DNA from: an uncultured virus (IMG/VR IMGVR_UViG_3300023174_000066)
Lineage: Duplodnaviria; Heunggongvirae; Uroviricota; Caudoviricetes
Virus record (IMG/VR): IMGVR_UViG_3300023174_000066
DNA: 64,000 nucleotides
Strand: one strand, 5' to 3'
Shown here: positions 55,010 to 63,580 of the stretch, piece after piece
Numbering within the stretch: the stretch's first letter is position 1
Layout of the letters: the number at the start of each line of letters is the position of its first letter
Notes under the pieces: model-generated
What the model saw: only the letters and a program-made list of their open reading frames with translations
Told to the model about the DNA's origin: nothing
Databases searched by the model: none
Program-made: the position numbers and the translations under genes

Positions 55010-56053
55010 CTAGATTTTGGCAGGTACACATTCCTCGCCAAAGACCCGACTAAATACTTCGACCACAACTGGTCTGTCGTTCTCTGGTGACGAGGCAATC
55101 AGATTTTCGATTGCGAACTTCGTGCCAAAGGTGTTGGCGAGGTTACGGAAAGCAAGCAGTTCACGGAATTGTGGTGACCACGAGATTTCTCCCGAGTTCT
55201 GCTTCTTGGCGAGGTTTTGAGCGCAGGTGACCGCAGTAGCAGGAACGCCCAACTTCTTTGCCAAAGCCCAGTCAGTTGTCATTTCTACCTGCGCCACAAA
55301 GCGCGAGAGCAGAGCCTCTGACAGTCGAACGCCAACAGCGTTGGGGTTCGTAGCACCAACGACATAGAAGCCGTCTTTTGCCTTGATTGTGCCACGCTCG
55401 GGGTTCTGCGTAATGGTCAGTTCTCGTCTGCCGTCAATCAGTCCATAGACCACCGAGAGAACTTTCGGGTCAATCAGACCAATCTCGTCAATGAGCAAGA
55501 CCTTACCCTGCTCGGCACAACGAGTGAGTGCGCCGTCAACCCACTCAAAGCCACCCGAGGGAGTTTGGACATAGCCACCAACGAGGTCAGCAACTTCCGT
55601 ATCCCCAGAGCCGAGGATTGTTTCCAGTTCCTCACCAAAGGTTGCCTCAACGAGTGCTGTCTTACCGCACCCTGGCGCACCATAGAACAGAGCGTATTGG
55701 CTGGTTTCGCGCAACTTGCGAAGTACCTCAACATCAACATTCTCGGAAGTACCCCAGTTACGCGAGTAGTAGAGTTCACCATTCGGGCGAGGGTAAGAGG
55801 TTTCACCCGACAGGGTTTCTGCTTCCACGATTTTCGCTTTCTTGGTTGTGCCAGTTCCTCGCTTGGTGAGAGTTCCAGCAATCGGGGTGTGAGCCGAGAG
55901 CGTGTCGCTGTCAGCGAGAGTTGAGGAGTATCCCTGACCTGCTACCGCAGTCAAGAGTTCTCCAAGACCCTCATACATTCTATCAGTTGTGGCGATACGC
56001 TCTCTGTCTGATAGTGATTGGAGTTCCATATCTGTAATGGTGTTCGTAGGCAT
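55010..56053 (-). CDS. MoxR/CbbQ/CobS-like AAA+ ATPase
   Basis: GAPGCGKT, WVDG.L, LLIDE, ATNP, LSEALLSRF. Confidence 0.88.
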   Translation of the reverse strand: MPTNTITDMELQSLSDRERIATTDRMYEGLGELLTAVAGQGYSSTLADSDTLSAHTPIAGTLTKRGTGTTKKAKIVEAETLSGETSYPRPNGELYYSRNWGTSENVDVEVLRKLRETSQYALFYGAPGCGKTALVEATFGEELETILGSGDTEVADLVGGYVQTPSGGFEWVDGALTRCAEQGKVLLIDEIGLIDPKVLSVVYGLIDGRRELTITQNPERGTIKAKDGFYVVGATNPNAVGVRLSEALLSRFVAQVEMTTDWALAKKLGVPATAVTCAQNLAKKQNSGEISWSPQFRELLAFRNLANTFGTKFAIENLIASSPENDRPVVVEVFSRVFGEECVPAKI

Positions 56054-56068
56054 TTTGGTTGTCCTTTC

Positions 56069-56572
56069 CTATTCTACGATTTCGGTAATTAGTTCCTCGG
56101 GGAAGTTGGCTTCCTTACGAGCGCGACCAATCCTGCGGATTAGTGCTTGTGGTGTGTTCCAAGAAACCGTGTCAATCAAATCCTCTAACGAGAACTCAAT
56201 GGCGAGAGGCTTCTCAACTAACTCCCAGTCGCTATTGTAAAGATTGTTGAGGAGAGTTGTCAAATCAACAATCGTTTTGTTGGCAAGCGAGAGCGCGAGT
56301 TCGGGGGTGTCCATTTCTTGTATCTCCCCGACACACATCTCTTTGCGGAAACTGACAACATCTGTGTTTGCTGTGGCATAGCACCGCCACGGCTTTTTTG
56401 GTGACCACGAGGAAATCTGCCTACGCCAAGTGGAAACTGGAACATACTTCCCAGTATTGTCAATGCCCTCGGGAGTGAGGATAATCTGGGCTGTGTTTAC
56501 GCCCTTGCGGAACTCCAAGTAGAGTGCCTTGCCAACGAGGTTGGCGTGGTTGGGGATTGCTTCGTCAGTCAT
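56069..56572 (-). CDS. Hypothetical protein, 167 aa
   Basis: ORF track; AAAGGA RBS. Confidence 0.7.
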   Translation of the reverse strand: MTDEAIPNHANLVGKALYLEFRKGVNTAQIILTPEGIDNTGKYVPVSTWRRQISSWSPKKPWRCYATANTDVVSFRKEMCVGEIQEMDTPELALSLANKTIVDLTTLLNNLYNSDWELVEKPLAIEFSLEDLIDTVSWNTPQALIRRIGRARKEANFPEELITEIVE

Positions 56573-56650
56573 TTTATGTCCTTTCGCTGACTGGTGGTTT
56601 TTGCTTACAGGTCAAATCTAGTCGTTTTTTCGCTTCGTGTCAAGTTGGGA

Positions 56651-57220
56651 TTAGTAGTGGAAATAAACTGGCACGAGATATTGCTTCTGGGGTTCTTTTT
56701 CACAGCGTTCAGAGAAGTGAGCGAGAGTTGGGTAGCCAGTTTCCAAATCAAAGAACCTACTGTCTGCTGTCCATTCCCCGCTCAACATATCAATAACTCT
56801 TTTGAGTTGCCAGAACTCCATAGACGAGGGAACTTTGATTGATGAATAAGAACTGTATTCAGTAACAAGAGTGTTGAGGTCAATGCCAACAGGCATACAT
56901 TCCCTCATCTCTTGCTTCACATCAGAAGCGAACCGAGCCAGCGTGTATTCCGCGAGTTCGGGGTCATCTGCGTAGCAGAGGATATCGGGTGCGCTGAAAG
57001 AGGGTTTTATGCCCTCTATCTCTTTCTCCGCTGTTTCTTTTATCTGCGCCTCTGTGAGGAACACGCCACCAGTCCAGCGACCAGCAAATGGTGGCATACC
57101 AGCAGCGTTGTGATAGTCCGACCACTCGGGGTTGATGTGTTCAGTAATCATAAAGCCTACGCGCCCATAGGCTTCGGCTTCGCTGTCTGCTGTGACAAGC
57201 ATGATTTGTATCGTGTGCAT
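56651..57220 (-). CDS. Hypothetical protein (WSD...GRW.G...V..HY family)
   Basis: Start reassigned to MHTIQ, after the promoter. Confidence 0.7.
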   Translation of the reverse strand: MHTIQIMLVTADSEAEAYGRVGFMITEHINPEWSDYHNAAGMPPFAGRWTGGVFLTEAQIKETAEKEIEGIKPSFSAPDILCYADDPELAEYTLARFASDVKQEMRECMPVGIDLNTLVTEYSSYSSIKVPSSMEFWQLKRVIDMLSGEWTADSRFFDLETGYPTLAHFSERCEKEPQKQYLVPVYFHY

Positions 57221-57338
57221 CTTGCGCCCTTTCTTGACGGTTAGGTCAAATCTAGCGCACACGCCGATACTTCGCAAGTCGCAATGCTCACGGTTGAGAT
57301 TTTTTGAGGACTACCTCGCCTGCACTTCTTTTTGAGTG

Positions 57339-57563
57339 TTAGGGGTAGATAACAGGTGTGTAGCATGCCTCGCAGGCTAGCCACATGTCTTGGTCGCTCT
57401 TGTCGACTACGACTACGAATGAGTAAAGCTCTCCGTCTATATATCCAACATCTTCTTGACATGCCTCGCAATGGGGGATGTCGTATTCATCTAGGTAGCC
57501 CGCAGCTTCCGCCTTCGCAAGGTCGGACGAAGATGAGACGAGAAAGATATCGAATTGCTCCAT
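57339..57563 (-). CDS. Small Zn-binding protein, leaderless
   Basis: Two CEAC motifs; TACTAT-N6-ATG. Confidence 0.65.
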   Translation of the reverse strand: MEQFDIFLVSSSSDLAKAEAAGYLDEYDIPHCEACQEDVGYIDGELYSFVVVVDKSDQDMWLACEACYTPVIYP

Positions 57564-57603
57564 AGGTATATAGTACCCGATTTGCCATCGGTTGAGATTT
57601 GTG

Positions 57604-57867
57604 CTACGGGGTCATGCCGCGGTTCGAGGCGCGCCACACACTGGCCGAGTGATTCTCTTCTACCTCGAGCTTGTGCTCAGCGTCGTCGTACAAACGAATG
57701 ATGTGGATGCAAGGGTCCCCTCCGTCAGAGAATTCTGCATCTTCGGTCTCACTCATCGGCACGCCATCATGCGTTTCGCATATGGGCGCGCCTGCCCATC
57801 CGTTATCAAATCCGATGCGCACCCAGGCCTCGAAGTCCATCGGTTCATTGTCTACAGGTTCCAGCAT
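57604..57867 (-). CDS. Conserved phage protein (C.THDG.P...DPCI..IRL)
   Basis: ORF track; GAGAGG RBS. Confidence 0.7.
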   Translation of the reverse strand: MLEPVDNEPMDFEAWVRIGFDNGWAGAPICETHDGVPMSETEDAEFSDGGDPCIHIIRLYDDAEHKLEVEENHSASVWRASNRGMTP

Positions 57868-57979
57868 GCCGAGCCTCTCATTTGTTATCGGTTAAGTACT
57901 TCACACTATACCAGGCCGGAAGCTCAAATAAAAAGAAACGCTCCCAACTTTCGTGGGGAGCGCTCTTGAGGAGAGTTAG

Positions 57980-58120
57980 TTACTCGGCTGCGGCTTCTTC
58001 TTCGTCGCCTTCAACGTCGTCAGCGTCATCTTCGACAACGGCTGCTTCTGCTTCTTCGATTTCTTCAGCTTCAACTTCAGCTTCAACTTCAACCTCGTGG
58101 TCGATGTTCTCTTCGGTCAT
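57980..58120 (-). CDS. Extremely acidic 46-aa protein
   Basis: Manual translation; AAAGGA RBS; followed by hairpin 57938-57963. Confidence 0.6.
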   Translation of the reverse strand: MTEENIDHEVEVEAEVEAEEIEEAEAAVVEDDADDVEGDEEEAAAE

Positions 58121-58292
58121 GATTTATTTCCTTTTGCTAGGTGTGCGGGACGAAATGTTCGTAAAACCATTTCACTAAATGATATCACGTTTCTGGTCCT
58201 GAGTCTGGCCGGCCGATCGAGCTGCGGGTTAACTTTGAATGAACGTTCGTTGGAAGTTTTGCCGGATGCGGGATGGCGCTGCCGGTAAAATT

Positions 58293-59078
58293 TTAATCAA
58301 CGCTCGTGAAAAGTTTTGATGTCTCGGCCAATTTCCTGAGCGTCCCTGGATTTGGGATGCCCGACGCGCGATCTCCCTGGAAACCAAGGCTTCGTTCAAA
58401 GTTTGCGAAGGCGGACCTGGTCTTGTGATCAAACTCGCCGCGGGGGGCACCGCGAAGACCAACCACTGCAGACAATGCCAGTTGTATAATAACAACACTG
58501 GGGTGCTTTAGACCTGGTCGGATGATGGAGCTGTGTACAACGGGGAGCTTTGTTTCCTTCGTTGAAAGTTTTAGATCTGAGCCGGCCGCGCTCAACTTTG
58601 GACGAGCGAATGCGAGCACTTCGTAAACGTAACGCGTCCGTCGGTAGACACCGTTCTTTGCTGAGCTACCCTTTGGCAGGCCAGGATCGGTTTGACCTTC
58701 GATGCACTGGAACATGCCGTGCTTCGTGAAATGTTCGACGTCCGTTACCAGGCCAACGTGTGGCTGGCCGAACGGGATGATGTTTGAATCTGATGACGGT
58801 TGAAAGAATACGATGTCACCAGGCCGGGGATTTTTGTAGATGAGGTTATCTGAGATGTAACGAGCAAGAATGCTAGCGGTTAAAACATGGGACGCGCATA
58901 CCAGGCCTGCACGTTTGATGACGACGTCCAGGAAGGCACCTGCCCAGGGAATGCCTGGTTGGCCGACGGTCTGTGAAAACATATCCGCTTGTTGGAACGG
59001 GGCCGTGTATCCAATGTACTTTTCAGCTTCGGTTATTAAAAGTGCTGCCTGCTTACTGGCCCTACTGATTTTTATCAT
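58293..59078 (-). CDS. CHAP-like domain plus peptidoglycan-binding domain (lysin-like; catalytic Cys apparently replaced)
   Basis: A...IGY, PWAGAF, P.PGDIVFF, HVGLV, IEG; C-terminal V...Q.AL...G.F...T..A...F. Confidence 0.7.
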   Translation of the reverse strand: MIKISRASKQAALLITEAEKYIGYTAPFQQADMFSQTVGQPGIPWAGAFLDVVIKRAGLVCASHVLTASILARYISDNLIYKNPRPGDIVFFQPSSDSNIIPFGQPHVGLVTDVEHFTKHGMFQCIEGQTDPGLPKGSSAKNGVYRRTRYVYEVLAFARPKLSAAGSDLKLSTKETKLPVVHSSIIRPGLKHPSVVIIQLALSAVVGLRGAPRGEFDHKTRSAFANFERSLGFQGDRASGIPNPGTLRKLAETSKLFTSVD

Positions 59079-59232
59079 ACAACTGCTCCTCAAGCATGTT
59101 GACTAGCTGGGCCGCTTCGTTGGCCCTTGCTGTCAATCTTACATGCTCGATTCGAGTTGTGGCAAGTTTTACGTCGTCAAGCATATGTCTTGCTAAAACT
59201 TTTGCGTACTCGAGTAGCGCTGGATTTGTCAT
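59062..59232 (-). CDS. Hypothetical protein, 56 aa
   Basis: Manual translation MTNPALLEYAKVLARHMLDD...; ATGA coupling. Confidence 0.55.
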   Translation of the reverse strand: MTNPALLEYAKVLARHMLDDVKLATTRIEHVRLTARANEAAQLVNMLEEQLYDKNQ

Positions 59233-60224
59233 TCGTTCGTTGTTTCTTTCTCTTCGGTGCTGTTTGGAGTTTCCTGGATGACCTCGACGTCAATGATCTT
59301 TGAATCAGCTTCGTTCGAAGTTTTACCGGATGCGGCCGCTGCGGGCTCATCACCTGGAATGTTTACACCAGCGTCGTGCAATCTTGCCGCTGCACTGGAT
59401 GCATTGATCGCCAGTCGCTGTAGACGTTCGGCAATGACGGACGCTGCGGGACGGGCGTCCAGTGTGATGTTTGCATCAAGCTCGACTCCGCCGCGGACGC
59501 CAGCTCGATCGAGGATCTCCGTCGCAGCTTTGAGCTTTACGGGTTCGGACTCTGCTGTTTCCATCATTTGTTCGAGGACGTCGACGGCGTACGGGGCCGC
59601 CTGGGTTAACTTTGCACGAGCTCGTTCGATGTCATCTCCGGGCCTGTGTTTTAAGGATCTTAGGTGAACGCGACAGAGACCGTCATCTGCTAGACGTCCG
59701 GAAGACCACAACATGCAACGAAGCCCATCATCTTTGACAGCAGTGCATCTTGTTGGAAAGACTAGCGGTTGACGTTTTCCAGATATAGCCACGCCGCTCT
59801 CTTGTTCTTTGAGCCAAGCGCGCGTCGCGCCAATGACCCAAGGGGGGACAAGGTAATCGGTTGCTTCTTCCGCGATTAAGTCCAGGCCGGTGAGATAGTC
59901 GGAGTTTTTATTATCAGGATTAGTAAGGATGGGTTTTTTCTCATTGAGAGAAATGATTCGTTTCTGGGTGGCCATCTCTTCTGAGACTGCCTGGATGAGA
60001 CCGGTTGGGATTCCGTTCGTTGCATATACGGGTAACCAGTTTAAGTGTGCTCGACGTAGGATGGCACGGTTCTCATATGTATCCTCACACACGCCGCGGT
60101 CGGTTTCTTCAATGCCGATGGCGGATAAGTCTGGCCTGATGTTCGGCATTGTGTTGATTTCAACAATGGGCTTATCCGGTTCGGGTGTATCGAACGGGTC
60201 TAGTTCCGTGCCGTCTTTTATCAT
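59229..60224 (-). CDS. Putative terminase small subunit-like protein
   Basis: RC.A...G.RC...LC..H zinc knuckle followed by A..AV..L..MM..AESE.VKLKAATEILDRAG, a pattern common in TerS-like proteins. Confidence 0.5.
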   Translation of the reverse strand: MIKDGTELDPFDTPEPDKPIVEINTMPNIRPDLSAIGIEETDRGVCEDTYENRAILRRAHLNWLPVYATNGIPTGLIQAVSEEMATQKRIISLNEKKPILTNPDNKNSDYLTGLDLIAEEATDYLVPPWVIGATRAWLKEQESGVAISGKRQPLVFPTRCTAVKDDGLRCMLWSSGRLADDGLCRVHLRSLKHRPGDDIERARAKLTQAAPYAVDVLEQMMETAESEPVKLKAATEILDRAGVRGGVELDANITLDARPAASVIAERLQRLAINASSAAARLHDAGVNIPGDEPAAAASGKTSNEADSKIIDVEVIQETPNSTEEKETTNE

Positions 60225-60511
60225 ATGACTTTTTACCAACGTTCGTTAAAAGTTAGGCCGACGGGATGAAACTTGGGGAGAGGCTGCTCATCCCGTCGGG
60301 GTTCGTTGCATCTTGCGTATTGCAGCGAAGGGCCTCTTCCCACGAACTTCGTTAAAAGTTCGATGAGAACATCTTCTCACGGTTCCAGAAAGTTTTTTTG
60401 GCGTACGGTGAGAGATAGCAGGTTTCCTGGTTTAGAAACAAAAACAAAAACCCCGTAAAATCAAGGTTTTTGATTTTACGAGGTCTTGTTTAGAAAGTGC
60501 TTTGGATTTAC

Positions 60512-60700
60512 CTACTTACAATCGCAATGACCGCAACCGCAATTTCCTGCCATTGGCAGTTTTGCCGTGACACTTGGGTGGTCTACGCTAACCCAACGGC
60601 CACTATCTAGACGTACTACTTTTTCTGCTTGTGTACGAGAATTTTTAGACGCGCTTCCTACGAGTAGGTTTCTTAGCCACAGTTTCAGTTTCAGGAACAT
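60512..60700 (-). CDS. Hypothetical protein, 62 aa (Cys-rich C-terminus)
   Basis: ORF track; overlaps the upstream ORF. Confidence 0.4.
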   Translation of the reverse strand: MFLKLKLWLRNLLVGSASKNSRTQAEKVVRLDSGRWVSVDHPSVTAKLPMAGNCGCGHCDCK

Positions 60701-60839
60701 TTATATTTTCACCTGCTTCCTTTTTCTCGTATCCGACATTGCACTCACACTCACACACAAACTTGTCAAACTCTCCGACACAGCCTAAGCAGTGGTCGCA
60801 ATTTTTGTGATGTGAGGTACTGCACCACCCGCAAATCAT
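60645..60839 (-). CDS. Small Cys-rich protein, 64 aa
   Basis: CGWC...H..C...C.C.C; ATGA coupling. Confidence 0.6.
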   Translation of the reverse strand: MICGWCSTSHHKNCDHCLGCVGEFDKFVCECECNVGYEKKEAGENINVPETETVAKKPTRRKRV

Positions 60840-61552
60840 CGGATTGCGTATCGAGTTTCTTTGTGGTGGTAAACCTTGATTGTAGGGTCAAGCATAATTT
60901 TGTATCCTTTCTCTCGGGCATTCATACACCAAGAGTAATCTTCTCCTACATTGCACTCAAAGTCAAGTCCGTCCCATTGGATACCTTTGATTCGAAACCA
61001 CGGGCGGTCACAATTCTCAAAGACTCCCTGCTTCATAGCAACGAATCCAAATCCCACGCCAAAGACTTCTTGAACTTCTTCATTCATAAAAAAGTCAATT
61101 TCATTCACCATCTTGGGTCGTCCACTCTCGTCAAAGAACGAAACTGCGACGGTTCCATCTGGGGAGGTTTGATACAGACCGCTAATCACATCTTCTTTGG
61201 ATTGATAAAGCCTGACGAAATCTTCGACGTCCCACTCGATATCGGAGTCAATCCAAATAATTTTGTCGTAGGTGAACTTGCCAGCGCCAATCTCGTTGGT
61301 CTCCCAGTTGTTTTTGTATTCGTCAATGGCGGTCAGTTCTCGTGCGCTCGGCACAAAGGAGGATTGCTTTGATAAAAACTTGTAGTCAAGCCCTTCACTA
61401 TTCAGCCACTTGGTTGTCTCAACAAGACTGTTCACGTACTCGGAATGCATCACCTTTCCAGGTGTTGCAATAACTACGTGGTAGTGGGGCTTACTCGAGG
61501 AACTCGTCGATTGTTGTGGTGCACTGTCCATATGATTTACATCTTTCTTCAT
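60836..61552 (-). CDS. GT-A fold glycosyltransferase-like protein
   Basis: IATP, WIDSDI (DxD), GFGF...GVFE, GEDYSWC, D...V.H. Confidence 0.78.
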   Translation of the reverse strand: MKKDVNHMDSAPQQSTSSSSKPHYHVVIATPGKVMHSEYVNSLVETTKWLNSEGLDYKFLSKQSSFVPSARELTAIDEYKNNWETNEIGAGKFTYDKIIWIDSDIEWDVEDFVRLYQSKEDVISGLYQTSPDGTVAVSFFDESGRPKMVNEIDFFMNEEVQEVFGVGFGFVAMKQGVFENCDRPWFRIKGIQWDGLDFECNVGEDYSWCMNAREKGYKIMLDPTIKVYHHKETRYAIR

Positions 61553-61715
61553 TCAGGTCGCACGAACTACACACCTTGCCATCGCCATCGCAATATCGGC
61601 AGTTAGTCCATTCGTCATTGATTGCTTCGCCATCTTCTTCAGATAGCCAGCCGTACTTAGGCAACTCGCCGGTACCGTCACAATACTCGCAGTCGTATAA
61701 GTCTGGCTTACTCAT
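61491..61715 (-). CDS. CxxCxGxG zinc-finger protein
   Basis: CEYCDGTG...CRYCDGDG. Confidence 0.65.
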   Translation of the reverse strand: MSKPDLYDCEYCDGTGELPKYGWLSEEDGEAINDEWTNCRYCDGDGKVCSSCDLNEERCKSYGQCTTTIDEFLE

Positions 61716-62055
61716 CGTCCTCGTCCTCGTCCTCGTCGTCGAAGATAGCGTCTTTTCCGTCGCTCATCTCCATCCATGCTTTAATCAGACGGTTTACTTC
61801 TTTGATGGGCATGACAGAGATTTTGTCCCAGTCTTCATTGTTAATGAGGCACAGTTGGAGAATATCCATAAGCACTACCATTTTTTTATCACCAGGAGTG
61901 AGCATGAATTGTCGCATCTGCATCATTGGCATCTCTTGTAATGAAATAAGCCTTATGACACCAATGCTGGTCTCAATCGCAACTTGGTCGATCTCGTTGT
62001 AGCTATCAGCGATCATCTTCTCTTGTCGCTTAGTTAGTATTTTTCTTGTTGCCAC
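61708..62055 (-). CDS. Hypothetical protein, 115 aa
   Basis: GTG start after GAGGA. Confidence 0.6.
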   Translation of the reverse strand: MATRKILTKRQEKMIADSYNEIDQVAIETSIGVIRLISLQEMPMMQMRQFMLTPGDKKMVVLMDILQLCLINNEDWDKISVMPIKEVNRLIKAWMEMSDGKDAIFDDEDEDEDDE

Positions 62056-62056
62056 T

Positions 62057-62281
62057 TTAATCCTCTTCTGGGTCGAAGTAGTCGTTAAGGTCTCTTTCCC
62101 AGCAGACCCCTTCGCCATCGCATGTAAGCACGTCATTAAGGCATTCCCCACATACTGTACCTTCTCCTGCACAATTAGGACAGTCAATAGTGAAGTCACG
62201 CAAATGAACGTCCCAACTTGCGCCGTTGCCCTCGCAAACGGAGCAGGTGATAAGTCGTTCATATTTACCCTTGCTTGTCAT
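62057..62281 (-). CDS. CxxCxGxG zinc-finger protein
   Basis: CSVCEGNG...CPNCAGEG. Confidence 0.6.
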   Translation of the reverse strand: MTSKGKYERLITCSVCEGNGASWDVHLRDFTIDCPNCAGEGTVCGECLNDVLTCDGEGVCWERDLNDYFDPEED

Positions 62282-62751
62282 TAGATACCTGTTCGACAGT
62301 CTTGGCACAGAAGAGCATTCAATCCTGTGTCTTGGTCATAAACTACAGTACCAGATTTTGTGATTACTGTCGGACTAATTGGTCCTTGTTTTCCACAGCG
62401 GTCACACTGTCGTGGAGCAATCCATTCAATCACATGTCCTCGTTCAATCGATGCAAGCATTCCTCGAGAGAGAGCATGCTCTGGTCCAGGTCCCATCGTC
62501 TTTCGAATAAACAGTCTAACGTCTTCAACCTTAATTACAGGACGAATCTCTTTGCATCGACAATCAATGCGAGAGGGAGTGCAAGCAACAAATCCACCAT
62601 CAAAACTTTCGTGGACCTTTACTGAGTGACCGCAGACACAAATTCTTTTGTCTCGATCAGACCTTCCGCTCTTACGAATTTTTTCGTCAGCGGTCTTGAG
62701 TTCCTCAATCGTAAAATCGAGAAATCCCATCGGGTTATTTTCTTGTTCCAT
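62281..62751 (-). CDS. Cys-rich hypothetical protein, leaderless
   Basis: CVCGH...C...CRC, CDRC...CQDC; TGATACACT-N6-ATG. Confidence 0.7.
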   Translation of the reverse strand: MEQENNPMGFLDFTIEELKTADEKIRKSGRSDRDKRICVCGHSVKVHESFDGGFVACTPSRIDCRCKEIRPVIKVEDVRLFIRKTMGPGPEHALSRGMLASIERGHVIEWIAPRQCDRCGKQGPISPTVITKSGTVVYDQDTGLNALLCQDCRTGI

Positions 62752-63030
62752 ACCCAAAGTGTATCATAAACTTTCCTAATTATCCTAATTTTCTAATTGT
62801 CAATCGGTTTTTGGGCCCCCTATACACATACGTACACGCGTATAGAGAATTCAATTGACATTTATAGTATTAGGATTTATCATTGCCCTACTATCCACTT
62901 CGAGCAAAAGTTTTTTCCAAAAACGGATAGTATTATTTATACCCCTCTGTTTTTTACTATCCACTTCTGGTTTTACTTTTTCTTCAAAAGTGATAGTATT
63001 ATTTTATCACCTAATCTGAACAGGAGTAAA

Positions 63031-63270
63031 ATGTCATACATTATCCTTGGAATCACCTACTTTTTTACTTCTTTATTATACATTTTATGGCCTGTTGCCC
63101 TCCTCGTAATGCTTACAAAAGTGTCCAAATTTAAGATTGCACTACCCATTACAATCGTCATTTCCGTCTCAGCTTTTCTTCTTGGACACCAAGCTTTCCT
63201 ACTCGCAGGGGCAATAGTCTTCCTTATCAGCATTCTTTTTTATCTGATTGGCGACTACGTAATCTGGTAA
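63031..63270 (+). CDS. Membrane protein, 79 aa
   Basis: AGGAG RBS before ATG 63031; strongly hydrophobic. Confidence 0.55.
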   Translation: MSYIILGITYFFTSLLYILWPVALLVMLTKVSKFKIALPITIVISVSAFLLGHQAFLLAGAIVFLISILFYLIGDYVIW

Positions 63271-63344
63271 ACTAGAGGTACACCAACCTAGAAAGTTATG
63301 ATGCTACGTCCCATTAGGGGCGAGGGAGAGCGTCCAACACATAC

Positions 63345-63386
63345 AAAAAGACCACTGATTTTAATCTCAGTGGCCTTTCTATTTTT
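63345..63386. terminator. Bidirectional terminator between convergent genes
   Basis: AAAAAGACCACTGA...TCAGTGGCCTTT. Confidence 0.6.
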
Positions 63387-63397
63387 TGCTAATCCGA

Positions 63398-63580
63398 TTA
63401 CGGCTGGCGCTTTATCTTTACCGACCGAGGCGAAGCTTCAGCCTCAGCCAACTCAGCTTCGTATTTCTTCGCAGCCTTACGGTTCAGTCTTGCAGCAAGT
63501 ACTAGTCCTAGAAGGAAAAACCCCAGGACTCCTGCTGCAAACCCAACCCAGAACGAATCAAGTTCAATCACAATCTGCAT
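63398..63580 (-). CDS. Single-TM protein, 60 aa
   Basis: GGAGG RBS. Confidence 0.6.
   Translation of the reverse strand: MQIVIELDSFWVGFAAGVLGFFLLGLVLAARLNRKAAKKYEAELAEAEASPRSVKIKRQP

Larger units (their letters stand above)
38400..57277 (-). promoter_or_regulatory. Series of ~25 SigA-type promoters (TTGACW-N17-NANNNT)
   Basis: -35 boxes start (plus coordinates) at 38423, 39143, 39903, 40275, 40860, 41338, 41909, 42476, 43288, 43856, 44679, 45339, 45923, 46582, 47191, 47851, 48528, 49278, 49960, 50656, 51760, 53016, 54933, 56638 and 57272. The -10 boxes lie 17-18 bp away (e.g. TAAACT, TAGATT, TATTAT, TACTAT, GAGTAT). Confidence 0.8.

Noticed and set aside
62797..63030. N-terminal extension of the plus-strand 157-aa ORF
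   Set aside because: This is AT-rich divergent intergenic DNA; a better start with AGGAG lies at 63031. The short GATAGTATTATTT duplication (~62926 and ~62992) is too weak to call.
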